Program-made: the position numbers and the translations under genes
Part shown: in pieces, positions 25,998 through 38,534 of the stretch
Layout of the letters: every line of letters starts with the position of its first letter
How positions within the stretch are numbered: the first letter of the stretch is position 1
Notes under the pieces: model-generated
What the model saw: only the letters and a program-made list of their open reading frames with translations
Database searches by the model: none
What the model was told of the DNA's origin: nothing
Assembly: GCA_951406725.2 (NCBI GenBank)
Contig: OX597815.1
Span: 188,604,001-188,668,000, forward strand
Reading direction: 5' to 3'
DNA length: 64,000 nucleotides
Source of the DNA: Octopus vulgaris
Lineage: Eukaryota

Positions 25998-25999
<2 letters not shown>

Positions 26000-26401
26000 T
26001 CTCTCTTTTACTTGTTTCAGTCATTTTGACTGCGGCCATGCTGGAGCACTGCCTTTAATCGAGCAAATCGACCCCGGGACTTTTCCTTTGTAAGCCCAGT
26101 ACTTTATTCTATCAGTCTCTTTTGCTGAACCGCTAAGTGACGGGGACATAAACACACCAGCATCGGTTGTCAAGCAATGCTAGGGGGACAAACACAAACA
26201 TACACGCACACACACATATACATATATATATACATATATACGACGGGCTTCTTTCAGTTTCCATCTACCAAATTCACTCACAAGGCTTTGGTTGGCCCGA
26301 GGCTATAGTAGAAGACACTTGCCCAAGGTGCCATGCAGTGGGACTGAACGCGGAACTGTGTGGTTGGTAAACAAGCTACTTACCACTCAGCCACTCCTGT
26401 G

Positions 26402-26403
<2 letters not shown>
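25998..26403 (-). mobile_element. SINE family A, full length
   Basis: Consensus match. Confidence 0.9.
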
Positions 26404-26439
<36 letters not shown>

Positions 26440-26443
<4 letters not shown>

Positions 26444-27625
26444 CATCATCATCATCATCATTTAATATACATTGTCCATGCTGGCATGGGTTGGATGGTT
26501 TGACCGGAGCTGGCAAGCCGGTAGGCTGCACCAGACTCCTGTCTGATTTGGCAGGGTTTCTACGGCTGGTGGCCCTTCCTAATGCCAACCACTCCATGAG
26601 TGTAATGGGTGCTTTTATGTGCCACTGGTATGGGTGCCATTTGTGTGACACCAGTATCTGCTACAATTGCGATTTTACTTGGCTTGATGGGTCTTCTTCT
26701 TGAGCATGAGTTTTGGTCATTCCTCATTCCCTCTGTGAGGCTCCAACACTCAAAAAGAGCTTTTCACATGCCACCAGCACCAGCCACTTTGCCTCTGTGA
26801 AGCCCAACACTTGAAAAGTGCTTTTTACGTACCAGTTACGTGAAACCAGCATTGGCCAAAGCTACAATTCCACTTGGCTTGCTGGGTCTTCACAACATAA
26901 TGCCAAAGGTCTCAGTCACTAGGCATTGCCTCTGTGAGGTCCAAAGTTTGAAGATCATACTTTGCCACCTCATCCTATGTCTTTCTGGGTCTACCTCTAC
27001 CGCAGGTTCCCTCCACAATTTGAGATCGGCACTTCTTTACACAGCTCTCCTCGTGCATGCACATCACATGACCATACCAGTGCAGTCATCTCTCTTGTAC
27101 ACCACATCCGGTGCCCCTTACTCTCTTTACTCTCTTTTACTCTCTTTTACTTGTTTCAGTCATCTGACTGCGGCCATGCTGGAGCACCGCCTTTAGTCAA
27201 GCAAATCGACCCCAGGACATATTCTTTGTAAGCCCAGTACTTATTCTATCGGTCTCTTTTGCTGAACCGCTAAGTGACGGGGACGTAAACACACCAGCAT
27301 CGGTTGTCAAGCAATGCTAGGGGGACAAACACACACATACACAAACTCACACACATACATGTATATATATATATACATATATACGACAGGCTTCTTTCAG
27401 TTTCCGTCTACCAAATTCACTCACAAAATCCCCTTATGCCCAACTTTTCTCTCAACATGCTTACACCCTGTCGTAAATGCACACTGACATTGCACATCTG
27501 GCGAAGCATACTGGCTTCATTTCTTCCAAGCCTACACATATCCTTGGATGTCACAGCCCATGTCTCAATGCCATGTAGCATAGCTGTTTGCACACAGACA
27601 TCATACAATCTGCCTTTCACTCTGA
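26440..27625 (-). mobile_element. 5'-truncated RTE-clade LINE interrupted by a SINE
   Basis: KGRLYDVCVQTAMLHGIETWA...LREKLGIRG (27427-27620) continues as LHWYGHV...GRGRPRKT (26960-27118), then 3'UTR sub-repeats and (GAT)n tail. Confidence 0.8.
27119..27426 (-). mobile_element. SINE family A, 5'-truncated, inserted in the RTE
   Basis: Consensus match splitting the RTE ORF. Confidence 0.85.
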
Positions 27626-27809
27626 GAGAGAGAGAGAGATATCCTTGTAACCTTTGTTACTCATTTGCCATGTGATATCCTCTAAAATCAGGTTAGAACT
27701 AAAGCAGTTGTATCATTGTAGACGTTTTGTAGCCAATAAAAAAACCACACAACACACATTCCTACTGTCATATTCAGATTTACTTTATTATCGTTTAGCA
27801 TAAAAGTTT

Positions 27810-27823
27810 TATACATACATACA

Positions 27824-27895
<72 letters not shown>

Positions 27896-27897
27896 CG

Positions 27898-27952
<55 letters not shown>

Positions 27953-28079
27953 ATATATGTATATATGCATATATATGCATATATATGCATATATGCATAT
28001 ATATGCATATATGCATATATATGCATATATATATGCATATATATGCATATATATGCATATATATGCATATATGTATATA

Positions 28080-28115
<36 letters not shown>

Positions 28116-28178
28116 TATATACATGCATATACATACATCCATACTTATATATGTGGTGTGTGTGTGTGTGTGTGTGTA
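27810..28178. repeat. (TA)n/(TATATGCA)n/(TG)n compound microsatellite
   Basis: Direct reading. Confidence 0.9.
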
Positions 28179-28947
28179 CGTGCATAAATATGAATAAAGA
28201 ATAATGAGTTAAGAAAGATCAATGATTTCATTTTCTTCATTTGCTGAATTTTCTCATTGAGAAGAGGGAAAAAATAATAAAGAAATACGACAGATATTTT
28301 AGTCAATTGGATTATCATCTAAAAATAAGTAAAATTGTACTAAAATATGAAGAAATTCTTGAATAGAAAAGCTTCTGTGTTCAAAGGGTATATAGTACAT
28401 TACAAGAGAGGATACGCATATAAATAACATGAATATGAAAAAAAAAAAAACCAAATTTAAACTTAGGGATTATTTGCTGTATTTTTAATGTTTATATTGA
28501 TTCCTTGAATTATGATATTTTTGTTGTATTTCACAACAAGATCACAATGGAAAATTGAAAAGAATTGAATGGTTGTTTTCTGTATTTTTTTTACTTGTAT
28601 TTTTTAAGTCAACAGTGAGAGAGACATCTGTCAAATGATATTATCTTGTTTACATGTAGATGGACTAAAAAAAAATACAAAGGTATATATACAGATAAGA
28701 TGCTTTATGTTATCTACATAAAAAGAAGCTTGCTTCTGAATTCAAATTCCATTGAGGTTTAACTTTCTTTGTCTTTCATACCTTTGACAAAGATAAGCAT
28801 CAATAATATTCTGGCATTATGGTATGTAAATGATTCTACAATTCCTTATAAATTGCCTATTCTGTATTACTTACCCTATGCACACAGTATTATGTTTATC
28901 TTGTGGCCATCCCTTTTTACAAGGGTGTCTAGCACTAAATTACATAT

Positions 28948-29447
28948 GAGTGTGATCATTGACAGAGTGGCTAACCGGCTTCCATGCCAGTGGTACGTAA
29001 AAGACACCATTCGAGCGTGATGGTTACCAGCATCGCATTACTGGCACTCAAGCCCTGTGCTAGTAGGATATTAAGAGCACCATCCGAGCGTGATCATTGC
29101 CAGAGTGGCTATCTGACCTCCATGCTAGTGGCATGTAAAAGACACCATTCGAATGTGATCGTTACCAGCATCGCCTTACTGGCATCCGTGCTGGTGGCAT
29201 GTGTAAAGGATTCGAGAGAGGTCGTTGCCAGTGCTGCCTAGCTGGCTCCGTGCCGGTGGCACGTAAAAAGCACCCACTACACTCTCGGAGTGGTTGGCAT
29301 TAGGAAGGGCATCCAGCTGTAGAAACTCTGCCAGATCAAGATTTAAGCCTGGTGCAGCCATCTGGTTCACCAGCCCTCAGTCATACGTCCAACCAATGCT
29401 AGCATGGAAAGCAGACGTTAAACGATGATGATGATGATGATGATGAT
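28948..29447 (+). mobile_element. RTE 3'UTR fragment with tandem sub-repeats and (GAT)n tail
   Basis: Colinear with 48500-48902. Confidence 0.8.
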
Positions 29448-29634
29448 GTTGCTTCCCTTTCTTTTTCAAGATTTGAGAAAAATATAGAATGAAGTACTGA
29501 AGGATGACTGGCTGATGCTGAACAAGATGACAAAGGAGTGAGATGTTTGGTGCCTTGCTGTACTCAAGAAGACCCATTCTCCACTGTAGAAGAGTTAGCC
29601 ACTCCCCCTGGTGAAGAGGACTGATTTGCAAGAG

Positions 29635-29876
29635 TAATGTGCTGGTGTCACGTAAAAAACACTCCTGCCGATGCCACATTAGAGCGCTTGTATGACGTCA
29701 TGTTAAAATTACCCAACGCACACACTGTAATGTGGTTGGTGTTAGGAAGGGCATTGAGCTGTAAAAACCAAGTCAAATCAGACTACAACTTGGTGCAGTT
29801 TTTTTCTCTGGTCAGGCCATCCAACCCATGCCTTCATGGAAAACAGATGTTAAAAGATAATGATGATGATGATGAT
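29635..29876 (+). mobile_element. Diverged RTE-type terminal module
   Basis: TGGTTGGTGTTAGGAAGGGCAT...CCAACCCATGCC...GATGATGAT. Confidence 0.6.
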
Positions 29877-31142
29877 TTGGTAGATATAATGGACTACCCC
29901 TTTCCTGAAAAGTTTGTGAGAGTTGTACTAATGTTATAAATTTTTGTTTATTATTTTTAATTATTTATAACCACCAGTGATACCCTAATTTTTCTAGGTT
30001 TATTAATTAATATTAAAAATTAATATATTCTCATAAATTCACTATATATAAGACAAATTGCTTTAAAAAGTTGTTTGTTGGTCTGGGAATGTTGATTCTC
30101 ACAGAATTGTTGCTTCTAAACATTTCAGAAGATTGTCCAATCTGACCTTCTTCAAAACGCACAAAAATAAAGAACCTAAAAGAAAAGTTTACTCTAAAAT
30201 TTTTTTTAATATTTTACAAATTTTCTGTCTGGAAAAAAGCACATTTTTCAAATCAGTAAACTTTTCCAATGTTTGTTTCATTACTTGGGGATATACAATA
30301 TTCATAGATTTTATGTTACGAGCTAAAGAAGAACGAATTTCCGCTACCTAAGTGCAAAACTATGGCCTGCAACTTGGAACGGTTTTTTCACTTTTCCACT
30401 ATTAAATGCTGAATACTTTTCTTTCAGCTAATTTTTCGGTGGAGTGAAGTAGGGAAGTATGGGGTAAATTTCTGTGTGCAAGGCAACAAAGTGAGTATGC
30501 ATGGCACAAGTATTTATTTTACTCACTCTTGACAGATATATATGACAAGGTCATCCTGGTGGGTTTTGCAAAAAGCCATAGGACTAGAGCGAAACTGGAA
30601 ATCTTAATGTGCTGCTTCATATAAGAGCAATTCACTTTCTGTAGCTTCTCACTTCCCAGCCCTTGTGTCATAAAAAAAAAAGAGAATATAGAAATTACAG
30701 TCTGGCTCTCTCCTAATGTCAAGAAATATTGTATAATACCAATAATTGTTATATCTAAAATAAGCACCAACCATGAAGAATATGATACATTCTTCATGAA
30801 TTGAGTCTGTAACTTGGTTATAAGAGCTGAAACTTGCCTTTTTGTTGCTCAATCATTTTAGCAAAGTAGAAACTTTTCATTTTCCATTCTGCTATAAATC
30901 TAAAAATTTCAGACTTTAGGAGAAAGTTATATGGATAATGTTGATTATTTCAAGTTGTAAGCTGACTGGGTATTTAGCTTATATTTAATATCTTCAATAA
31001 TTTTGCTTGGTATATTTTCACATATACGGAAAAACGGTAAACATATACTCATCTTCAGTATACCCAGCTGCAAGAGTCTGGCAGAGGAGATACAAAAAAT
31101 TTTAAGAAAATATCAACAAAGAACTGTTAAATTAATCATTTG

Positions 31143-31615
31143 TTAACCCTTTTATTACCATATTTCTGTTGAGATGTTCTGTGTTTCTTTCAATTGATTT
31201 TTAAATATAACAAATAATTTAGTAAAATAACTTAGTTATCATTTAGCTAGTGTTTAGGAACATAAATTGTGACTAAGGTTTAGTGGAAGATTTTAATTCA
31301 AAACTTTTGAAAACAAAACATTTGTGCTATAGAGCCAGAACTGGTTTCAGCCAGGTTGATATCAAAAAAGCTAAATTAATCATTTGTTAACCCTTTTGTT
31401 ACCATATTTCTATTGAGATGCTGTGTTTCTTTCAATTAATTTTAGATATAACGAAGAATTTAATAAAATAACTTAGTTATCAGTCAGCTACTTTTAGGAA
31501 CAAAAATTGTGGCTAAGGTTTGGTGGAAGATTTTAATTCAAAAATTATGAAAACAAGACATTTGTATTGTAGAGCTAGAGCATGGTCTAATCTTTGTTGG
31601 CAACGAAAGGGTTAA
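31143..31615. mobile_element. Tandem pair of TTAA-flanked (piggyBac-like) MITEs
   Basis: TTAA-CCCTTT...AAAGGG-TTAA, ~244-bp period; fragment of the same end at 9098-9137. Confidence 0.75.
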
Positions 31616-32089
31616 AGAAACTAACAAAAATTAGACCTGGTGACTGGTTGGAAAAAAAAAACAAAGTTCAGCAAAAACATTGATTACCCTAATCCTTGGT
31701 GATGGTGGTGGTGGTGGTGGTGGTGGTGAATGAGATAAGCTTCAATTTCTTTATCCAGCACCACCCACAAATCCACCACCATCACCATGCTTTCTGGCTG
31801 GGACTGGTGCATTTATTTTTGGGGGCATGCAGTGCATCATCATCTTACTCAGTAGTACTGATTGAACTGCAATGCTCAGGTTAGAACCATTTTCACTTTC
31901 AGTATCTCTATCTTTATTGCTAATAATGACTATTTTGATCAAATACTTCAGAAGAATATTTTTACCCTTATAGGTATAACATTACGTAATTTTTCATCAA
32001 GATCGGGAGAAAAGTTGAAAAAAAAAACATAAGGTAATGAGAAAGGAATTTTGAAAATCTTCATAATTTTTTTATATATTTGGTTTTAA

Positions 32090-32450
32090 GTTTTCAAACT
32101 CCACCTGTCTAACACCCGTGGACATGTTTACAAAGTCAGAAAACAGCACAGCTCCCATTACTTTCTGAAGCATTTTTTCATGCTAAGAGTTGCTGAAGCA
32201 TGGAACAAACTGCTGGCATCAGTTGTTAGTTGTCAGAGCACTACATCCTTCAAAACTCCATGCTTCCTGAGATTTGTCAACACTACACCTGATTTTCTCC
32301 CCTCCATACACACACAAGCATGTATCTGACTCATACACTGTTCACTTTCCAGACATTTGCACATTACTGCATATGCTCTATATGCACTTTTGACAAGCTG
32401 TGGTGCACCTGAGCACTGTATACAATAATTTCATTATTATTATTATTATA
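32090..32450 (+). mobile_element. CR1-type LINE 3' end
   Basis: TRGHVYKVRKQHS...LRVAEAWNKL, 3'UTR and (ATT)n tail; same family as 46926-47420. Confidence 0.85.
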
Positions 32451-33502
32451 ATCTAAAACTAATTATAAATATCTTCTCTAAACATTGATAACAAAATAAT
32501 CTCTCTTCCACTTATTTTATTATTTTATAGGTAGAGATTAGAGATCTACACACCAAATTTTATGTTATTAGTTGTAGCTGATTAAAGATATTCCATTGTG
32601 GACCATCAAGATTTAATGTCAGATTAGATTATCCAATACAATCATACTTCCTTTTACTTTTTGTATTTTCATATAGTAGGGTGTGACCGGAAGGGAGTAA
32701 TTTCATTGCTATTTCTTGCACCTCAAGTGACCTCAAAGAGGTCTTCTTATCTAGTTGGCTCTTATAAATCATCTAGAATGTAATAGCAGAAGTAATGCTT
32801 AATTTTATTGATGATATTAATAGCAATTATATTATTGATATTTCAGTCATGTTTCGGTGAATAATGTTTACTCAAGCGTAAAAATAAAAATTCATGCAGC
32901 TGTCTAAATTTTTCGAAACCTTCAATTCTTGTCAGAAATCAGAATGTCAAATGATCAAAGTCATCAACATGTTAGTTATATTTTTAGAATATCAGAGAAA
33001 TATGCTGCTACATGTTCTATTAAGTAATGTAAAATAAGAAATAACAAACAAAACAAAACAAAACAAAGCAAAAAGCTTCCTAATACTCTCTATACTGCTG
33101 TCAGCAAGTTTTTGGTTTTACTCTTTGCTTTAAAGTCTTGCTGCATTAATTCACTTTAAAAATGTTCTCCTATAAAACAACCGAGTGCAAAAGCAGAGTT
33201 TGTTTTTATCATAGTATTTTATCAGTATTTCCATGCACAAAATCATGCACACACATGCTAACACACACACATACAGACACATGCACATGCACACCCACAC
33301 ACACAGTCTCATACATATATGTATGAGTATGAGTGTGTAAGCATGCATATTTATATGAGTAAGCATATATATATATATATATATATATATATCATCATCT
33401 GTATATATATATATATATATGTATGTATATATATATATATATGTATATATGTTGTATATATGTATATGTATGTATAAATATACATAGTTATATATTATAC
33501 AC

Positions 33503-33536
<34 letters not shown>

Positions 33537-33987
33537 TTACTTGGAAATGGATGTGTGGCATTCAATTAAATGATAAATAGTAAATAGTATATATATATAT
33601 ATATTTGCACATCTGCATGTTTGTTTGTTAGTTACATTCATAACTGATAAAATATAAAAATATAGGAATAGTTATAGAACTATAAATAAGTTATGGAGAG
33701 TCCTGATGATTGGGGTTGAGTTAAACATGTTTCTGAAAAAGACTGAGGGTCTCGGGAATGTTAAATGCACCTCATGAAACATGTGTAGAAGAGAAATTTG
33801 GAACTGAAAATAGTAAGTATTAAAATAAAATTCTATGATATGGTGTGATGTATATTAGGATTTGATGTTTTGCATGGGGACTTCTATCTCTAAATAACAT
33901 ATATTTCCTTATCGTGAATAATTCATTTTATTTGAATCCCTGTGACGCCGGAATTTTTATTCCCTAATAAATAAAGTAATATATATG

Positions 33988-34021
<34 letters not shown>

Positions 34022-34065
34022 TGTATGTATGTATGTATGTATGTATGTATGTATGTATATATATA

Positions 34066-34629
34066 TTTCAAAAAGCTGAGGGGCGCCTCACTCCCAGTGG
34101 TCTTTCAGCATACCGGACACCACCCCGGAATTTCTGCGTACCCGTGCTAACATTTATTGGGTGGCCGTTGACTCTCAAGAGGTCCTCTGCCCTTTGACGG
34201 GTTTTGTTTTTCATCCCGCAGGGTGTCCAATAAACACCCTCCTCACCAAGAAAGCTTGGTGGGGTTGCCGGTTTAGTCGCCGACAACCCGACCATGCAAC
34301 AGGTTGTACTGGGTTACATGTTACCAGTAGCACTCGAAAGTGACCTGACACAGATATGTAGGGAATGGCATTAGACATTTTGGGGATCTTTGGTTTGTGC
34401 TATAGATCACGGCGCTCCCACATCCCTGAGCCTGTGACTCATATTGGCACCAGACATCTTGCTCCGGTTTGTCTCTGGATAATGTCAATAAAGTGGAGAG
34501 AGTCTATGAGGTGTTGTGCAAGCCTTATTGGACCTAAAACTCTGCACAGGCATTGCTGACCTCTGCTCGATATGCAATGTTCCTGAAGGTCGGCAATGGT
34601 CTTCCTCGGTCACGAGTGGACGGCCATCA
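34066..34629 (+). mobile_element. GC-rich element between (TA)n runs, probably a non-autonomous RTE derivative
   Basis: RCCASLIGPKTLHRHC resembles an RTE C-terminal zinc-finger remnant; short 3' end ATGGTCTTCCTCGGTCACGAGTGGACGGCCATCAT. Confidence 0.45.
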
Positions 34630-34970
34630 TATATATATATATTATTTTATTTATATATTAATTAGGGAATAATAATATATATATATAAAGAAAACAGAAA
34701 ATAGAGAAGTACTGATGAACAAAAATTGATTTACATCAATTATTATTCATTAATTCAATGGAAATAGACTTTTACTTAATGGACCAAAGAGACACACAAG
34801 CAAAATGGTATGATTACAACCAAATTCAACTTTTCCCTGTCTCTGTATGTATATGCATGTATATATGTGTGCTTGTGTATATGTGTGTATATGTGTATAT
34901 TTGTTTATGCATATATGCATATGCTTATGTGTGTATAGTGTAAGTATACGTATTTATATGTGTATGTATA

Positions 34971-35260
34971 CCCTTTTACTTGTTTCAGTCATTTTGACTG
35001 TGGCCATGCTGGAGCACCACCTTTAGTCGAGCAAATTGACCCCAGGACTTATATTTTGTAAACCTAGTACTTATTATATCGGTCTCTTTTGCTGAAGTGC
35101 AAGTTACAGGGATGTAAACACATCAGTATCAGTTGTCAAGCGATGTTGGGTGGGGGTAAACACATCAGCATCAGTTGTCAAGTTGGGGGGATAAACACAG
35201 ACACACAAATATATGCACACACACATACACACATATATACATATATATGACAGGCTTCTT
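34971..35260 (-). mobile_element. SINE family A, 3' part
   Basis: Consensus match with a small internal duplication; ends at the HHR tandem repeat. Confidence 0.8.
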
Positions 35261-35906
35261 GTATTAGTATGGCGCTCAGGAAATATAAATAAAACAAGTC
35301 TTTAACATTTCGAGCCTACGCTCTTCAACAGAAAGATACACAGAGAAGAAACACAGAAAGAAGGAGAGAAAAGAAATGCGTGCAGAGGCAGTTTATGCGA
35401 ACAAGTTCAAGGTTGAGAGTTCAAGGTTAGAAATGTATAGACGTCGTGGTATATTTTTTAAGGATTTCACACCAATAACAAAGTCACTTTGATCCGTGAA
35501 AGAGAGGTGCAGCCAATGGTAAGTATCCAAGGGGTAAAGAAAATCCAATGTAGAGGTAAGAGTTGATAGTGGTCTTGGTAGAATATAGGATGAAAGTGAG
35601 ACCACATGAGCGTGTAATATATAATGGGAAGCTTTATGAAAATAGACAAAAGATGAAGGCAGGTTTACGGAAATAAACAAAAGACGAAGGCAGGTGGAAT
35701 ACAAACAAACAATTGTATTAGTATGGCACTCAGGAAATATAGATAAAACAAGTCTTTAACGTTTCGAGCCTACGCTCTTCAGCAGAAAGATACACAGAGA
35801 AGAAACACAGAAAGAAGGAGAGAAAAAAAAAAAATGCGTGCAGAGGCAGTTTATGTGAACAAGTTCAAGGTTGAGAGTTCAAGGTTAGAAATGTATAGAC
35901 GTTGTG
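35261..35906 (-). mobile_element. Partial tandem (1.4 units, ~454-bp period) Penelope/retrozyme-like repeat with two HHR motifs
   Basis: Direct repeats 35261-35447 and 35714-35906; minus strand CTTT-CTG(T/C)TGA-A-GAGC-gtag-GCTC-GAAA(T/C)GTT-AAAG at 35300-35335 and 35754-35789. Confidence 0.7.
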
Positions 35907-36020
35907 GATATATATATATATATATACACACATATTTATATATACACACATATTTATATACATCACATATTTTAGTTTCTTACATATGTTAAACTGTCTA
36001 ATTGATGCACACTGTTGTTT

Positions 36021-36096
36021 ATATCCTCCCTGATAAGATTGATGCATGGCTCCACATTATTTTGAATGTCTCCATCGAAACATATGTCGATGATAT
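36021..36096 (+). ncRNA. Degenerate type-I hammerhead-like motif
   Basis: ATATCCTCC-CTGATAA-GATTGATG...CATC-GAAAC-ATAT-GTC-GATGATAT. Confidence 0.45.
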
Positions 36097-36294
36097 GAAG
36101 ATATAAATGATTTAATAACATCTTGAGCATTTGTCTTTATTTTCAATTTTTCCTACGTTCTCCAAGATACGTCTCACTTCTCCCCAGAATTAACTCACAC
36201 ACAAGTGTGATCACCGATTCCTAGGACACATATGTGATATCTGCCTACCTTGTAATTATTCCTCTGGATCTTTCCTATAAATTGAACATTCCCC

Positions 36295-36325
<31 letters not shown>

Positions 36326-36334
36326 CTATATATA

Positions 36335-36542
36335 TACTCTTTTACTTGTTTCAGTCTTTTGACTGTGTTCATGCTGGAGCACCACCTTTAGTCAAGCAAA
36401 TCGACCCCAGGACTTATTCTTTGTAAGCCTAGTACTTATTCTATCGGTCTCTTTGCTAAACCACTAAGTTACGGGGATGTAAACACACCACCATCAGTTG
36501 TCATGTGATGTTGGGGGGACAAACACAGACACTCAAACATAT

Positions 36543-36587
<45 letters not shown>

Positions 36588-36753
36588 TACGATGGGCTTC
36601 TTTCAGTTTCTGTCTACCAAATCCACTCACAAGGCTTTGGTTGGCCCGAGGCTAAAGTAAAAGACACTTACTCAAGGTACCATGCAGTGGGAATGAAACC
36701 GGAACCATGTGGCTGGTAAGCAAGCTACTAACCACACAGCCACTCCTGCGCCT
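36335..36753 (-). mobile_element. SINE family A, full length
   Basis: Consensus match. Confidence 0.9.
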
Positions 36754-36768
36754 ATAAAAAATATGAGC

Positions 36769-36840
36769 CTCCCCGGTGGGGAATTGAACCCCAGTTTCCC
36801 GCATGACAGGCGGGGATACTTACCACTACACTACCGAAGA
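36769..36840 (-). tRNA. tRNA-Asp(GUC) gene or recent pseudogene
   Basis: TCTTCGGTAGTGTAGTGGTAAGTATCCCCGCCTGTCATGCGGGAAACTGGGGTTCAATTCCCCACCGGGGAG: 72-nt cloverleaf, GTC anticodon, T6 terminator 7 nt downstream; several transitions relative to canonical eukaryotic tRNA-Asp. Confidence 0.85.
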
Positions 36841-37348
36841 CTGTATGTATATATATATATATATGTGTGTGTGTGTATGTATGTATACAATTATATATGA
36901 ATATGTAATATATAATATTTATTTCATGTCTTCCAAAGTTTTTGTATTCTTATGATGTAAACAACAAATGATTCTTGCTGGTTAGAATGAAGCTTCTAAA
37001 AGGATGGAGAAATTCTAAGAATTGATGGATTGTCTCTCATGTTAAGAGATGTGTGTTCAATTCCCATGGGCAGCCTTCAACTTTTTACTTCCAACTGTTT
37101 TTAACCTAATATTTACAGATTATTATTTATACCTCTATTTTATTTCAAATTCTGTTTTTAAAAATGATTAATTTCCTGTCTCTTTGTCTCTAAATTCTTA
37201 TGATATAAATAATATACATATATACATACAGTCATAAATGACAGAAATAACTTGATGAAATTGTATTTAGTAGTAGGAAAATTCAAATATCATGACAAAT
37301 TGTTTCATAACTTAAAAACATGTAAATTATTTATATTTTTATATTTAA

Positions 37349-37689
37349 CTAGCAATATCGCCAGGCGTTGCTCGGGTTTGTTTCGACCCTTTAGAATTGG
37401 AATTTTTGAAAAGTAAAAATTTTGCATTATGTAGCTTGTTATTCACTTTAAGTGAACATTTTTCTGGTTGAAATGCACCAAAAAATGATGACACAGCAGT
37501 AAAAAAAATCGTAAAAAATAGTGATTTTCATAGAAAAAAAGCACCTTTTTGATGTAAATAATTTTTGGTGCTTCTATCATACTCTCAATTTTGGTCAACT
37601 TCTGTTGCAGGGTCTCAGAGGAGATAGTGTTAGTTGAAGGCTACCAAACCTGCCATATACGAACAACTTCAGCTTTATATATAGAGAGA
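37349..37689 (-). mobile_element. Non-autonomous Helitron (internally deleted)
   Basis: Same termini and body as 23868-24261. Confidence 0.8.
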
Positions 37690-37772
37690 TGATTATTAAA
37701 TTACGTACACATCTGCATTAATGTAAAATGCAGAAATATTTTTCAAATTAATGCAGATTTGAAGCTACATAT

Positions 37773-38196
37773 AGGCGCAGGAATGGCTGTGTGGTAAGTA
37801 GCTTGCTTACCAACCACATGGTTCTGGGTTCAGTCCCACTGCGTCGGCACCTTGGGCAAGTGTCTTCTACTATAGCCTCGGGCCGACCAAAGCGTTGTGA
37901 GTGGATTTGGTAGATGGAAACTGAAAGAAGCCCATCGTATATATGTGTATATATATATATATGTGTGTGTGTGTATGTTTGTGTGTCTGTGTTTGTCCCA
38001 CTAGCATTGCTTGACAACCGATGCTGGTGTGTTTATGTCCCCGTCACTTAGCGGTTCGGCAAAAGAGACCGATAGAATAAATACTGGGCTTACAAAGAAT
38101 AAGTCCCGGGGTCGAGATGCTCAATTAAAGGCGGTGCTCCAGCATGGCTGCAGTCAAATGACTGAAACAAGTAAAAGAGTAAAAGAGAGTAAGAGT
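37773..38196 (+). mobile_element. SINE family A, full length
   Basis: GGCGCAGGAATGGCTGTGTGGTAAG head to (GTAAAAGA)n tail. Confidence 0.9.
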
Positions 38197-38534
38197 AGAT
38201 TTTGTGACTTAAATTTATATACATATGTATACACAGATATGAGTGTATATATGTGTGTGTGTGTGTGTGTGTGTGCATGTATAAACAAATGAATGGCAAA
38301 AGAACAGGAGTTACATATTCACGTCCATTAGTATAAAGCTGTTTTGGTCATAAGAAACCATGCATTCACAGTTCAGTGTCACTGATGCACAAACTTATAG
38401 CTTCTTAAGAGATAATTCAAATACAACTCACACCTCCTCACTGCTAGATTTTACTAATTTTGGTTATTGGTACTGCTATTGTTACAGCAAAAATCAGCTG
38501 CCAACTTGACATGTTTCATCAGTGATGCCTCAGG

